Positions 1 through 8,272 of a DNA stretch of 64,000 nucleotides are shown one piece after another. The stretch lies in contig ONHS01000001.1 in the NCBI GenBank assembly GCA_900317715.1, forward strand, positions 18,316 to 82,315, given 5' to 3'. A program made the position numbers and the translations under genes. Under the pieces are notes generated by a model, which worked only from the letters and a program-made list of their open reading frames with translations, searched no databases and was not told where the DNA came from. The DNA comes from an uncultured Bacteroidales bacterium (GTDB lineage: Bacteria; Bacteroidota; Bacteroidia; Bacteroidales; WCHB1-69). How positions within the stretch are numbered: the first letter of the stretch is position 1; the number at the start of each line of letters is the position of its first letter.

Positions 1-22
1 GTTCATAAACTCGAAAGAGTAT

Positions 23-481
23 ATGTCCAGAGAGTACGGGCACTCCCGATTAGACAAAGACGCTCCGTTCAAAATCACAGGTGTGACTGCCGACACCTTG
101 ATGCAGTCGGATGAAGGCGTATCCTACATAATCCAAGGGAAAGTGGTCAATCATACGGGGAAATCCATCAGTCACGCCAATATGAGCGGTAGTTTAAAGG
201 TGATTTTCGAGAACAAGACCGAGGAGGTTTCCAACAGTTACTCCAAGAACCATAAGGTTCTGAAAAAAGAGGTGTCGGAATCGCATCCTTGGAAAGACGG
301 AGAGGCCATTGATTTCACCGTGATTACGAGCGAAATCAAGCAAATCTATTTGGATTACGACCCGCAATACGTGTTTTTCACCATAGAGATGTCGGCGAGC
401 GACCCTATCGGATATTCGTATAACAAGGCGATTTATGAGGTGGATATGAAGGGCAGGTGGAATGCCATCAGAAAAAAGTAA
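23..481 (+). CDS. hypothetical protein, 152 aa
   Basis: Complete ATG-to-TAA ORF with ordinary composition, same strand and 33 nt upstream of the next gene. No motif recognised. Confidence 0.4.
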   Translation: MSREYGHSRLDKDAPFKITGVTADTLMQSDEGVSYIIQGKVVNHTGKSISHANMSGSLKVIFENKTEEVSNSYSKNHKVLKKEVSESHPWKDGEAIDFTVITSEIKQIYLDYDPQYVFFTIEMSASDPIGYSYNKAIYEVDMKGRWNAIRKK

Positions 482-513
482 CTGACAGAGATTCAAAGAG
501 AAAATACACCAAT

Positions 514-882
514 ATGAAAAAATTATTGTTTATTGCCAGCATTATTGTTGTGTCATTGTGTTTCCTGACGGGTTGCGACAAACCAAGCAACCGCTATTAC
601 ATCAAATACGAAGTGAGTATTGACGGTATGGAGAATGGCGAAACACACGTCACGGTCAACACCGAAAATGGTGAACAGTCCTTTGTCACACCGAGAGAAT
701 TTTCCGAGACCTTTGGTCCGGTAAAGAAGAACTTTGTGGCAAAAATATCTGCATACAATACCGCTCTATATGGCACTCTCAATGTTCGCATTTATGCGTG
801 TAAAGGAGAGGAGGCTTTTGTATTGAAAGCATCAACTTCCAAGAAAGGTGAAGCGGATGCGGAATACCGAATAGATTTTTGA
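514..882 (+). CDS. putative lipoprotein, 122 aa
   Basis: MKKLLFIASIIVVSLCFLTGC is a signal peptide plus lipobox Cys. Start moved from track position 457 to ATG 514 so the signal peptide is N-terminal. Confidence 0.55.
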   Translation: MKKLLFIASIIVVSLCFLTGCDKPSNRYYIKYEVSIDGMENGETHVTVNTENGEQSFVTPREFSETFGPVKKNFVAKISAYNTALYGTLNVRIYACKGEEAFVLKASTSKKGEADAEYRIDF

Positions 883-939
883 AAATGTTGTAGATAGAAG
901 GGGAGACAAAATCGATTAGTTGTTAAAACTGAAAGTAGT

Positions 940-3900
940 ATGAACGAGAACGATCTGAAGGAAAGAAACTTTGAGGCCGACATTGAACGATGGCTCTTGG
1001 AAAAAGGGGGCTATATCAAAGGCGCTCAGAAAACCTACGACAGGGAACGGGCCATTGACATGGCTGTACTTACCGCCTTTCTGGATACGACCCAGCACAA
1101 GCAGTGGGAACGCTACGTGCGCAAGTATGGGGACAAAGCAGAAAGCCGCCTCTATCAAGTTTTTCAAGAAAATGTGGTGCGCTACGGTCTGATTTGGGTG
1201 CTCCGTAACGGCATCGATGATTTGGGCATCAAACTCAAACTCTGCTATTTCCGTCCAGCTTCAGAACTGAACGAGGAATTGATGCTGAAATACCGTCAAA
1301 ACATCCTTCAGGAAACTCGTCAATTTGCTTACTCCACACTTAACCGCAACACCATCGACATGGTGCTCTCCCTCAATGGTATTCCCGTAGTGGCTATGGA
1401 ACTGAAAAACCAACTCACCGGACAGAATGTGGAGAATTCCCGTTACCAGTGGATGAACAACCGCGACCCAGAGGAGTTGATCTTCCATTCCAACACTCGC
1501 ATACTGGCCTATTTTGGAGTGGATCTCTACGAGGCAATCATGGCTACGGAACTAAAAAAGGAGAATACCTATTTCATGCCGTTCAATCAGGGTAGCGGAG
1601 GAGCAGGAAACGTGGGTGGAGCAGGGAATCCGGAATGTGAAGACAAGGACGACTACGCCACTTCCTATTTGTGGAAGCACGTGCTGCAACGCGATATGCT
1701 GTTGAGTATCTTGCAACGTTATATTTCCCGACAGGAGGAAGAAAAAATCAAACTGTTTCGTGACAAACACGGCAAGATACGGGAAAAGAAGGAGACTTCT
1801 GTGAAGATTATCTTTCCGCGTTACCACCAGTTGGACGTGGTTGAGAAATTAATTGCCGATACGGAGGAGAAGGGCTGCGGTCAAAACTATCTGATACAGC
1901 ATTCGGCAGGTTCCGGCAAGTCGAATTCCATTGCCTGGCTCACCTACCGGCTGGCTTCGCTGCACGATGCTGAACAAAGGAGTGTCTTTGATGGCGTTTT
2001 TGTAATCACGGACCGCCGTGTGCTCAACGCACAGTTACAGACCACTATTCTTGGTTTCGACCACATAGAGGGGCAAATCGAGACTATCACGGACAAAGAC
2101 CCCTCAACGAAACTGCGCGATGTGATCAACGACGGTGCCGCCCGCATTGTCATCTGCACCCTGCATCGTTTCCCCTTCATTTATAAGGAAGTCTCCTCAC
2201 GAAGTGGCAAACGCTACGCCATCATTGTGGATGAAGCGCACAGCAGTCAGAGCGGAAAAAGTGCAGAGAAAGTGAAAACAGCTTTGGCCGACACCGACGA
2301 GGCGTTGCGTGAGATGGCCGAACTGGAAGAAAAAACTGAGGATGAACTGGAAAAGGAGCGCGATGCCATGATGGAAGACTTGCTTGCACAAGGCAAACAT
2401 AACAATCTGTCATTCTACGCATTTACGGCTACTCCCAAACCCAAAACCCTCCAGACTTTCGGAGTGTTAGTGGAGAAAGGAAACACCCCCGAAGAGGACA
2501 AATACCGTGCTTTTCATATTTATTCCATGCTTCAGGCTATTGAAGAAGGCTTTATCAAAGACGTGCTGTTGCAATATACCCCATACAGCGTGACTTACGA
2601 GATACAGAAGCGCATTGAACACGATCCGACATACGAGGAGACACCGGCCACCCGTGCGGTGAAAGCCTATCACGACAATCACCAGCACGTTATCAATCAG
2701 AAAACGGAAATTATTGTGGAGAAATTCCGGCAAGTCACGCTGAATGCCATCAAAGGACAGGCAAAAGCTATGGTGGTGACTTCAAGCCGGGCCCATGCGT
2801 TGCGCTATTTCTTGCAAATCCAAAAATATTGTGAGGACAAGGGTTATACCGATGTTCGTCCAATGGTGGCATTCTCCGGTAAGGTACAATATGGTGATTC
2901 GGAATACACTGAAAGCAAGTTGAACAGCCATGATGATTTCCACATTAGTGAGGAGCGGTTGCCGTTATACTTCGCCAGCGATATGTTCAACATGCTGGTG
3001 GTGGCCGACAAATACCAGACGGGATTTGACGAACCGTTGCTGCACACCATGTTTGTGGACAAAAGACTGAAAAATGTGAAGGCCGTGCAGACACTTAGTC
3101 GCTTGAACCGTTCACTGAAGGACAAGAAGGACACTTACGTGCTGGATTTCGTGAACGAGCCCGATTCCATCAAAAAAGCTTTTGAACCATTCTACACTGC
3201 CACAGAGTTGATTCGCCCTGTGGATGTGAACGGTGTTTACAACTTCCGTAACGACATCGCCCAATATCACCTTTGGACAGTTGCCGATGAAGAAGCCATC
3301 TACAAACTGGCTACCGACACGAAGGGCGACAAAAGCCGTTTGGCCAAGCTGAGCAACGCTTTCAAGCCTGTGGTGGACCGGTTTTCTGAACTTGATGAAG
3401 AAACGCGTTTCAAAGTGCGTTCGCTGATTAAGAATTTTGTGCGTTTTTACGCCTATATGGCGCAAGTGGAACGCACTTACGACCGCTCGTTGTATAAAAC
3501 TTACACTTTTTGTGATTTGCTTTACCGCTTGTTACCAAAGACCCCACATGAGAAAGTGGATTTGAACAAACAGATTCAGCTCATCAATTCGCGCATAGAG
3601 GAGGGACAAACGCAGAGCATAATACTGGATAAAGGGCAAGGCGGCATCAAGGGTGAGAACGTGAAAGGTGGCAGCAAGCCAGACGACAACACCGATTTAC
3701 TGTCAAACATCATCAACAAGGTGAACCTGATGTTCAAAGGCAATTTCTCGCCAGCTGACCGTGTGATTGTGGAAGCCATTTACGATAAGTTGAGTACGGC
3801 TTCGGCGAAGAAGAAGCTGGCCAAGCAGGCTCAAAATAACGATCCAAAGCAGTTCGCAGAAAGCATCTTCCCGGAGGTGTTCGAGAAAGCTGCCCAAAAG

Positions 3901-4677
3901 TGTTACGATGAGAGTGTGGGTGCATTTGACCGCTTATTCCAAAATAAGGAGTTGTACAACAGCATTATGACCCAGATGGCCGACTTGATGTATCAGAACT
4001 ATCGAGCAGAGGGCGAAACACTCATCTTTAATCCTGAACGTTTTAAGGAGAAGATTTTGCCGACAATTGAGCAGGAATTTGCTGTTTATAGGACGATGCC
4101 AAAAGCCAAGGAAAAGATTGCGGATGATTTGGTAGCACTCATCGCGGCCCAAACCACAGATGACATTGATGGAGCCAACGATGTTATTCAAAATGCTTTC
4201 AATCGTCTCTATTGTAGTCCTTCAAAGGTTTCATTAGTTGACAAAAAACAGCATTTCAACACTCTTGTCAGTCGGTTTGAGGTGTTCCTAAAGAAAGTGT
4301 TTTATCTAAACAATCTTTCAGAGATTGTATGTACCAAGCCCGGTCAGGAGGGCATGAAAGCCACTTTGGCTGATTGCATTTTCCAAACACCCTGCTTGAA
4401 ACGCTTAAAGTACTCGGAGGACGAAGCAGACCAGAAATTCAGTAACTATTTGACTATGGTGCGGGATTGGAGAAATGATAACGCCCACAAAGCCCCCATC
4501 ACCAAAGAGCAAGAATGTGACGTAGCAATTAACGTGCTGACCGCCATGTATCTCTATGTGGTGGCTTTTGGCATCAAAAGATGGCAAATTGACCATGTAA
4601 ATCCTGCAGTCTATCAATTAGGAATTGACAGAGATCAACCGATTAGATTGGCAGCAGAACCGGGACCAGATGAATAA
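940..4677 (+). CDS. hsdR: type I restriction enzyme R-subunit-like nuclease/helicase (HsdR-like), 1245 aa, with extra C-terminal HEPN-like domain
   Basis: N-terminal PD-ExK-type nuclease signature (DMVLS...AMELK, ELK at 1399-1407). SF2 Walker A QHSAGSGKS (1909-1923) and DEAH box IIVDEAHSSQSG (2230-2241). Long alpha-helical C-terminal region typical of HsdR, then WRNDNAHK (RNDNAH at 4471-4488). Confidence 0.85.
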   Translation: MNENDLKERNFEADIERWLLEKGGYIKGAQKTYDRERAIDMAVLTAFLDTTQHKQWERYVRKYGDKAESRLYQVFQENVVRYGLIWVLRNGIDDLGIKLKLCYFRPASELNEELMLKYRQNILQETRQFAYSTLNRNTIDMVLSLNGIPVVAMELKNQLTGQNVENSRYQWMNNRDPEELIFHSNTRILAYFGVDLYEAIMATELKKENTYFMPFNQGSGGAGNVGGAGNPECEDKDDYATSYLWKHVLQRDMLLSILQRYISRQEEEKIKLFRDKHGKIREKKETSVKIIFPRYHQLDVVEKLIADTEEKGCGQNYLIQHSAGSGKSNSIAWLTYRLASLHDAEQRSVFDGVFVITDRRVLNAQLQTTILGFDHIEGQIETITDKDPSTKLRDVINDGAARIVICTLHRFPFIYKEVSSRSGKRYAIIVDEAHSSQSGKSAEKVKTALADTDEALREMAELEEKTEDELEKERDAMMEDLLAQGKHNNLSFYAFTATPKPKTLQTFGVLVEKGNTPEEDKYRAFHIYSMLQAIEEGFIKDVLLQYTPYSVTYEIQKRIEHDPTYEETPATRAVKAYHDNHQHVINQKTEIIVEKFRQVTLNAIKGQAKAMVVTSSRAHALRYFLQIQKYCEDKGYTDVRPMVAFSGKVQYGDSEYTESKLNSHDDFHISEERLPLYFASDMFNMLVVADKYQTGFDEPLLHTMFVDKRLKNVKAVQTLSRLNRSLKDKKDTYVLDFVNEPDSIKKAFEPFYTATELIRPVDVNGVYNFRNDIAQYHLWTVADEEAIYKLATDTKGDKSRLAKLSNAFKPVVDRFSELDEETRFKVRSLIKNFVRFYAYMAQVERTYDRSLYKTYTFCDLLYRLLPKTPHEKVDLNKQIQLINSRIEEGQTQSIILDKGQGGIKGENVKGGSKPDDNTDLLSNIINKVNLMFKGNFSPADRVIVEAIYDKLSTASAKKKLAKQAQNNDPKQFAESIFPEVFEKAAQKCYDESVGAFDRLFQNKELYNSIMTQMADLMYQNYRAEGETLIFNPERFKEKILPTIEQEFAVYRTMPKAKEKIADDLVALIAAQTTDDIDGANDVIQNAFNRLYCSPSKVSLVDKKQHFNTLVSRFEVFLKKVFYLNNLSEIVCTKPGQEGMKATLADCIFQTPCLKRLKYSEDEADQKFSNYLTMVRDWRNDNAHKAPITKEQECDVAINVLTAMYLYVVAFGIKRWQIDHVNPAVYQLGIDRDQPIRLAAEPGPDE
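4207..4584 (+). other. HEPN-like C-terminal domain of the HsdR-like protein (approx. aa 1090-1215)
   Basis: R-N-D-N-A-H (Rx4H, canonical RNxxAH form) sits in a predicted helical segment after the normal HsdR C-terminal region. Boundaries are approximate. Confidence 0.5.
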
Positions 4678-4731
4678 TCGGTGTGTGTTCGACAGGCAGA
4701 TATTAGATTCATTTCGAGGATATTGTGTTCG

Positions 4732-4758
4732 GACAGGTTCAACATGACTGAACCTGTC
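4732..4758 (+). terminator. 10-bp perfect stem-loop after hsdR-like gene (gacaggttca / tgaacctgtc, 7-nt loop)
   Basis: Read directly from the sequence. The following T-tract is weak (tgttgtatcttt), so terminator function is uncertain. Confidence 0.4.
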
Positions 4759-4763
4759 TGTTG

Positions 4764-4771
4764 TATCTTTG
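4764..4771 (+). promoter_or_regulatory. Bacteroidota -7 box TATCTTTG upstream of rmuC
   Basis: Matches TAnnTTTG, 41 nt before ATG 4812. Confidence 0.55.
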
Positions 4772-4811
4772 CCGTCGAAAATCAACAGTATTAATCAAAA
4801 CCAAAACCATT

Positions 4812-6533
4812 ATGAACTCATTCACATACATCATTTTAGCATTGGTAGTAATCTGCACTATCTGTACCATCATTTTGATGGTCAAGGTTTTCTCCAGACA
4901 AGAAACCACATCGGATGTTTCATCAAAAGACTTTGACCGCTTGGAGAGCAAAATCTTGGAAGAGAACAGAAATGCCCGGCAAGAGCTGTCAGACAATATG
5001 GGTAAAATGCGTGACGAACTGTCAGGTAACGTTGGGAAGATGCGAGAGGAGATTTCCGGTACGGTGGACAAATTACGTTCTGAATTCACTGAAAATGTGA
5101 GCCAGTTAAGGAAAGAATCATCGGAAACTTCCAAAAGCCAGCGAGAGGAGACACAGAAAGTGTTCACGGACTTTCAGACTGCATTCGGCGACAATGTCGC
5201 AAAGCTCAATTCCTTCCAAAAGGAAGGCTTCGATGACATGGGTAAGCGCAATAAAGTGTTTGCGGACACCATGGAGTCGAAACTTGAAAACTTGAAGGAT
5301 ACAACCAACATGACGCTGACAAAATCGTTCGAGCAATTCTTCAAAACATTCGATGCCAACACTGACAAATCGGTTGAGGCGCAGAATGCCGGTTTTGAGA
5401 AGATGGAGAAACGTCAGTCGGACTTGATCAAGACTACGGAAACCAAACTTGATGCGCTGCGTTCCATCGTCGAGGAAAAGCTGACCACGATGTCCGAGAA
5501 GTTTCAGGAAGGGTTCGAGAAGAACACCGAAAAGATGGTGGAGGCTCAGAAGGAGCGGTTTGCCGAAATGGACAAGCGGCAGTCGGACTTGATCCAAACG
5601 ACAGAGAAACGGTTGGATGAGATGCGGGCGACCGTGGATGAGAAGCTGCAGAAGACCCTGAACGACCGTCTCGGGCAGTCTTTCAAGCTGGTCAGCGAGC
5701 AACTCGAAAGCGTCCAAAAAGGGTTGGGCGAGATGAAGAACCTCGCTTCCGATGTCGGAGGTTTGAAGAACGCGTTAACCAATGTCAAAGTGCGTGGCAA
5801 TTTCGGGGAGCTGCAACTCAAGGCGTTGTTGGAGCAGATGCTGTCTCCTGAGCAATACGATGAGAATGTGGCCACCGTGCCCGGCAGCTCGGAACGCGTG
5901 GAGTTCGCCATCAAGTTGCCCGGTAAGGATGATCCCCATGGGTCGGTGTATCTGCCTGTCGATTCCAAGTTCCCCAAGGATGTCTATGACCAGTATGTCG
6001 ATGCCATAGACACGGGAGATGCTGCGGCGATCAAATCGAAATCCAGCCAGTTCGAGAACACGATATTGGCCATGGCAAAGGACATCAGCACCAAATACAT
6101 ATCCGTTCCCGACACGACCAATTTCGCCATCATGTTTGTGCCCGTTGAGAACATCTACGCCGAGGTCATACGCCGTTCCAAACTCACCCAAGAGCTTAGA
6201 GACAAATGGAACGTGCTCGTCACGGGACCGACCACCTTGGGCGCCTTGCTCAGCAGTTTGCAGATGGGCTTTCGCACATTGGCCATTGAGAAACGTAGCA
6301 ACGATGTCTGGACCACGTTGGGCGCGGTCAAGACGGAGTTTTCCAAATTCGGCGACCTGCTTGAGAAGGCCAAGAAGAACATTGATACGGCTTCCGCGAC
6401 CATCGAACAACTTCAAGGTACACGTACAAAAGCCATCAACCGTAAACTTCGGGAGGTTGAAGCCCTCCCGACGGATCAAGCGGCTGCACTGTTGCCGGAT
6501 ATGAATGATGAGGGTGTTTTGGATGAGGAGTGA
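4812..6533 (+). CDS. rmuC: DNA recombination protein RmuC, 573 aa, with N-terminal TM helix and expanded coiled coil
   Basis: N-terminal TM segment (FTYIILALVVICTICTIILMV) and a long E/K/Q-rich coiled coil. Conserved RmuC C-terminal core (VRGNFGELQLKALLEQ..., FAIKLPG..., VDSKFP..., IMFVPVENIY). Start moved to ATG 4812. Confidence 0.85.
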   Translation: MNSFTYIILALVVICTICTIILMVKVFSRQETTSDVSSKDFDRLESKILEENRNARQELSDNMGKMRDELSGNVGKMREEISGTVDKLRSEFTENVSQLRKESSETSKSQREETQKVFTDFQTAFGDNVAKLNSFQKEGFDDMGKRNKVFADTMESKLENLKDTTNMTLTKSFEQFFKTFDANTDKSVEAQNAGFEKMEKRQSDLIKTTETKLDALRSIVEEKLTTMSEKFQEGFEKNTEKMVEAQKERFAEMDKRQSDLIQTTEKRLDEMRATVDEKLQKTLNDRLGQSFKLVSEQLESVQKGLGEMKNLASDVGGLKNALTNVKVRGNFGELQLKALLEQMLSPEQYDENVATVPGSSERVEFAIKLPGKDDPHGSVYLPVDSKFPKDVYDQYVDAIDTGDAAAIKSKSSQFENTILAMAKDISTKYISVPDTTNFAIMFVPVENIYAEVIRRSKLTQELRDKWNVLVTGPTTLGALLSSLQMGFRTLAIEKRSNDVWTTLGAVKTEFSKFGDLLEKAKKNIDTASATIEQLQGTRTKAINRKLREVEALPTDQAAALLPDMNDEGVLDEE

Positions 6534-6603
6534 TAGCGTTCGTTAATCTCTGCAACTGTCTGAAGAAATATGTTAATTGTCATATTATACAAACTGTAAT
6601 TTT

Positions 6604-7383
6604 ATGGAATACATTGATACTGGGAAATGTATTTGGTGTAAACTTGAAAAGCCCGTTGTTTCTTTCGGGAAAAAGCCACATATTATCCCGCATGCACTTA
6701 ATGCAAATTATATTGGAACGGATATTTGTAATAAGTGCAATACTTTTTTTGGCACGAGCACTTCCAACAAACCATCTGTTGACTTGGTTTTCAAAGAAGT
6801 ATTCAATGCTTTTCGGTTTTTTGGACAAAAATTGACGATCAATTCGTATAAAACATTTAAATCAGTCTATTTTAAATATGAACACAGCAAAAACATAATT
6901 ACAGTCAAGAATTCTTTTTTAACAACAACACTTACAAGGCAGTTTAAGAGAGGTTTGTTTGAGATTTTTCTTCAATATTACCATGACCAAACTCATGGAG
7001 GTAATAATCCGATTTTTGATCCGATAAGGGATTTTGCTCGGTATGATAAAGGCAATTTACGTGTCTACTACCTAAAAGCTGACTATATTCTCAAACCTGT
7101 ACGTGAAGAAGATATGTTTGTTTTGCCTATGTCAGAAGTGGCTATTGCAGAAGTCTTTTCTTTAGGCATTTATCGTTTTCACTTCTTTGGTCATTTTTTC
7201 TATTTAGAGATAATTCCAGAGTTGTTTAACATTAATTCAAAAAAATATTTTCAAGAACAAACAGAGCTTTTGGTAAAAGCACCTAATCTTATGGGTGAGA
7301 TCATAGAACTAACTGATATTCTTGAAGTCGATATGTTTATGCAACGCTTTCATAAAAGGAAAATTTGTTTCAAAACATCATAA
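6604..7383 (+). CDS. HNH-type (HNH_5-like) endonuclease-domain protein, about 259 aa, AT-rich
   Basis: N-terminal CIWCKLEKPVVSFGKKPHIIPHALNANYIGTDICNKCNTFFG has the CxxC...H-I-I-P...CxxCN layout of HNH nucleases. The remaining ~200 aa are unassigned. The start could also be 6577. Confidence 0.5.
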   Translation: MEYIDTGKCIWCKLEKPVVSFGKKPHIIPHALNANYIGTDICNKCNTFFGTSTSNKPSVDLVFKEVFNAFRFFGQKLTINSYKTFKSVYFKYEHSKNIITVKNSFLTTTLTRQFKRGLFEIFLQYYHDQTHGGNNPIFDPIRDFARYDKGNLRVYYLKADYILKPVREEDMFVLPMSEVAIAEVFSLGIYRFHFFGHFFYLEIIPELFNINSKKYFQEQTELLVKAPNLMGEIIELTDILEVDMFMQRFHKRKICFKTS

Positions 7384-7621
7384 CCCATTCAAAAACAGAA
7401 TGATAATAAGTCAAAATAACCTTCGAATTGTTGACGATCGCTCAATCCGTACTCAGATACCTGAATAAGACTATCAAACTACTTATGGTTATCCGAGAGC
7501 TATATGCGTGAATCACTTCTCTCTTATTGGACAAGTTTTGAATCTCCCACTATGCCAACGAATGGGAGTAGCCCTCAAAAAAATATTTTTATGATTAGAC
7601 GATCTGTATTGAAAATTTCCG

Positions 7622-7629
7622 TAATTTTG
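7622..7629 (+). promoter_or_regulatory. -7 box TAATTTTG upstream of abiEi-like gene
   Basis: Matches TAnnTTTG, 41 nt before ATG 7670. Confidence 0.5.
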
Positions 7630-7669
7630 CAAAAATTTCGGTGTAAAATTAATGTGAAAAACTAACTAT

Positions 7670-8272
7670 ATGACTATAGCTCAAATATTTGAAGAGGAAT
7701 ATCAGAAAGCAGAGAAAGGTTCGCTAATTTTTGCCTCTGACTTTGCGGATTACAATCAGGATTACATAGGCGACTTGCTTGCTCGTTATTCTAAGGATGG
7801 ACGGTTGGAACGGCTGGCCAATGGTGTCTATCTGAAGACAACTATCACAAAGTTCGGTCCAGTGTATCCGACTCCTGCAAAGATAGCAGAGGCGATAGCG
7901 CGTAGGGACCATTGTCAGGTCCTGATGGCTGGCCTGGCTGCTGAAAACCATTTCGGTCTTTCAACGCAGGTTCCGATGAAAGTGGTGTTCCTGACCAGTG
8001 GATCGGCCCGAAAGTTGAATGTAGGCAACACGACCATTGAGTTCAAGCGCGGTGTGCCTAAAAACTTCGCTTTCAAAGACGAAACGATGGCCACGCTTTG
8101 TCTCGCCCTGAAAAGCATCGGCAACGGACACGTAACGGATGAACAACGTGCTGTGTTGAAGCGTTTCCTAAAGAACTATCTCCTTGATCACGATATCAAG
8201 GATGACTTGAAATTGATGCCACAGTGGATCCAGCGTCTGTTAAACGGGATTGTGAAGGAGGTGGAATTATGA
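7670..8272 (+). CDS. AbiEi-like / DUF6088-type antitoxin-transcriptional regulator, 200 aa
   Basis: Size, position immediately upstream of and overlapping (ATGA) an AbiEii toxin gene, and an N-terminal wHTH-like segment. The family call rests mostly on context. Confidence 0.6.
   Translation: MTIAQIFEEEYQKAEKGSLIFASDFADYNQDYIGDLLARYSKDGRLERLANGVYLKTTITKFGPVYPTPAKIAEAIARRDHCQVLMAGLAAENHFGLSTQVPMKVVFLTSGSARKLNVGNTTIEFKRGVPKNFAFKDETMATLCLALKSIGNGHVTDEQRAVLKRFLKNYLLDHDIKDDLKLMPQWIQRLLNGIVKEVEL

Noticed and set aside
6530-6835. 101-aa ORF overlapping the start of the HNH-like gene, and the alternative start at 6577.
   Set aside because: It is out of frame with the CxxC...HIIP...CxxCN motif, which identifies the real frame. 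ATG 6604 or 6577 both keep the motif, so the start remains uncertain by 9 codons.
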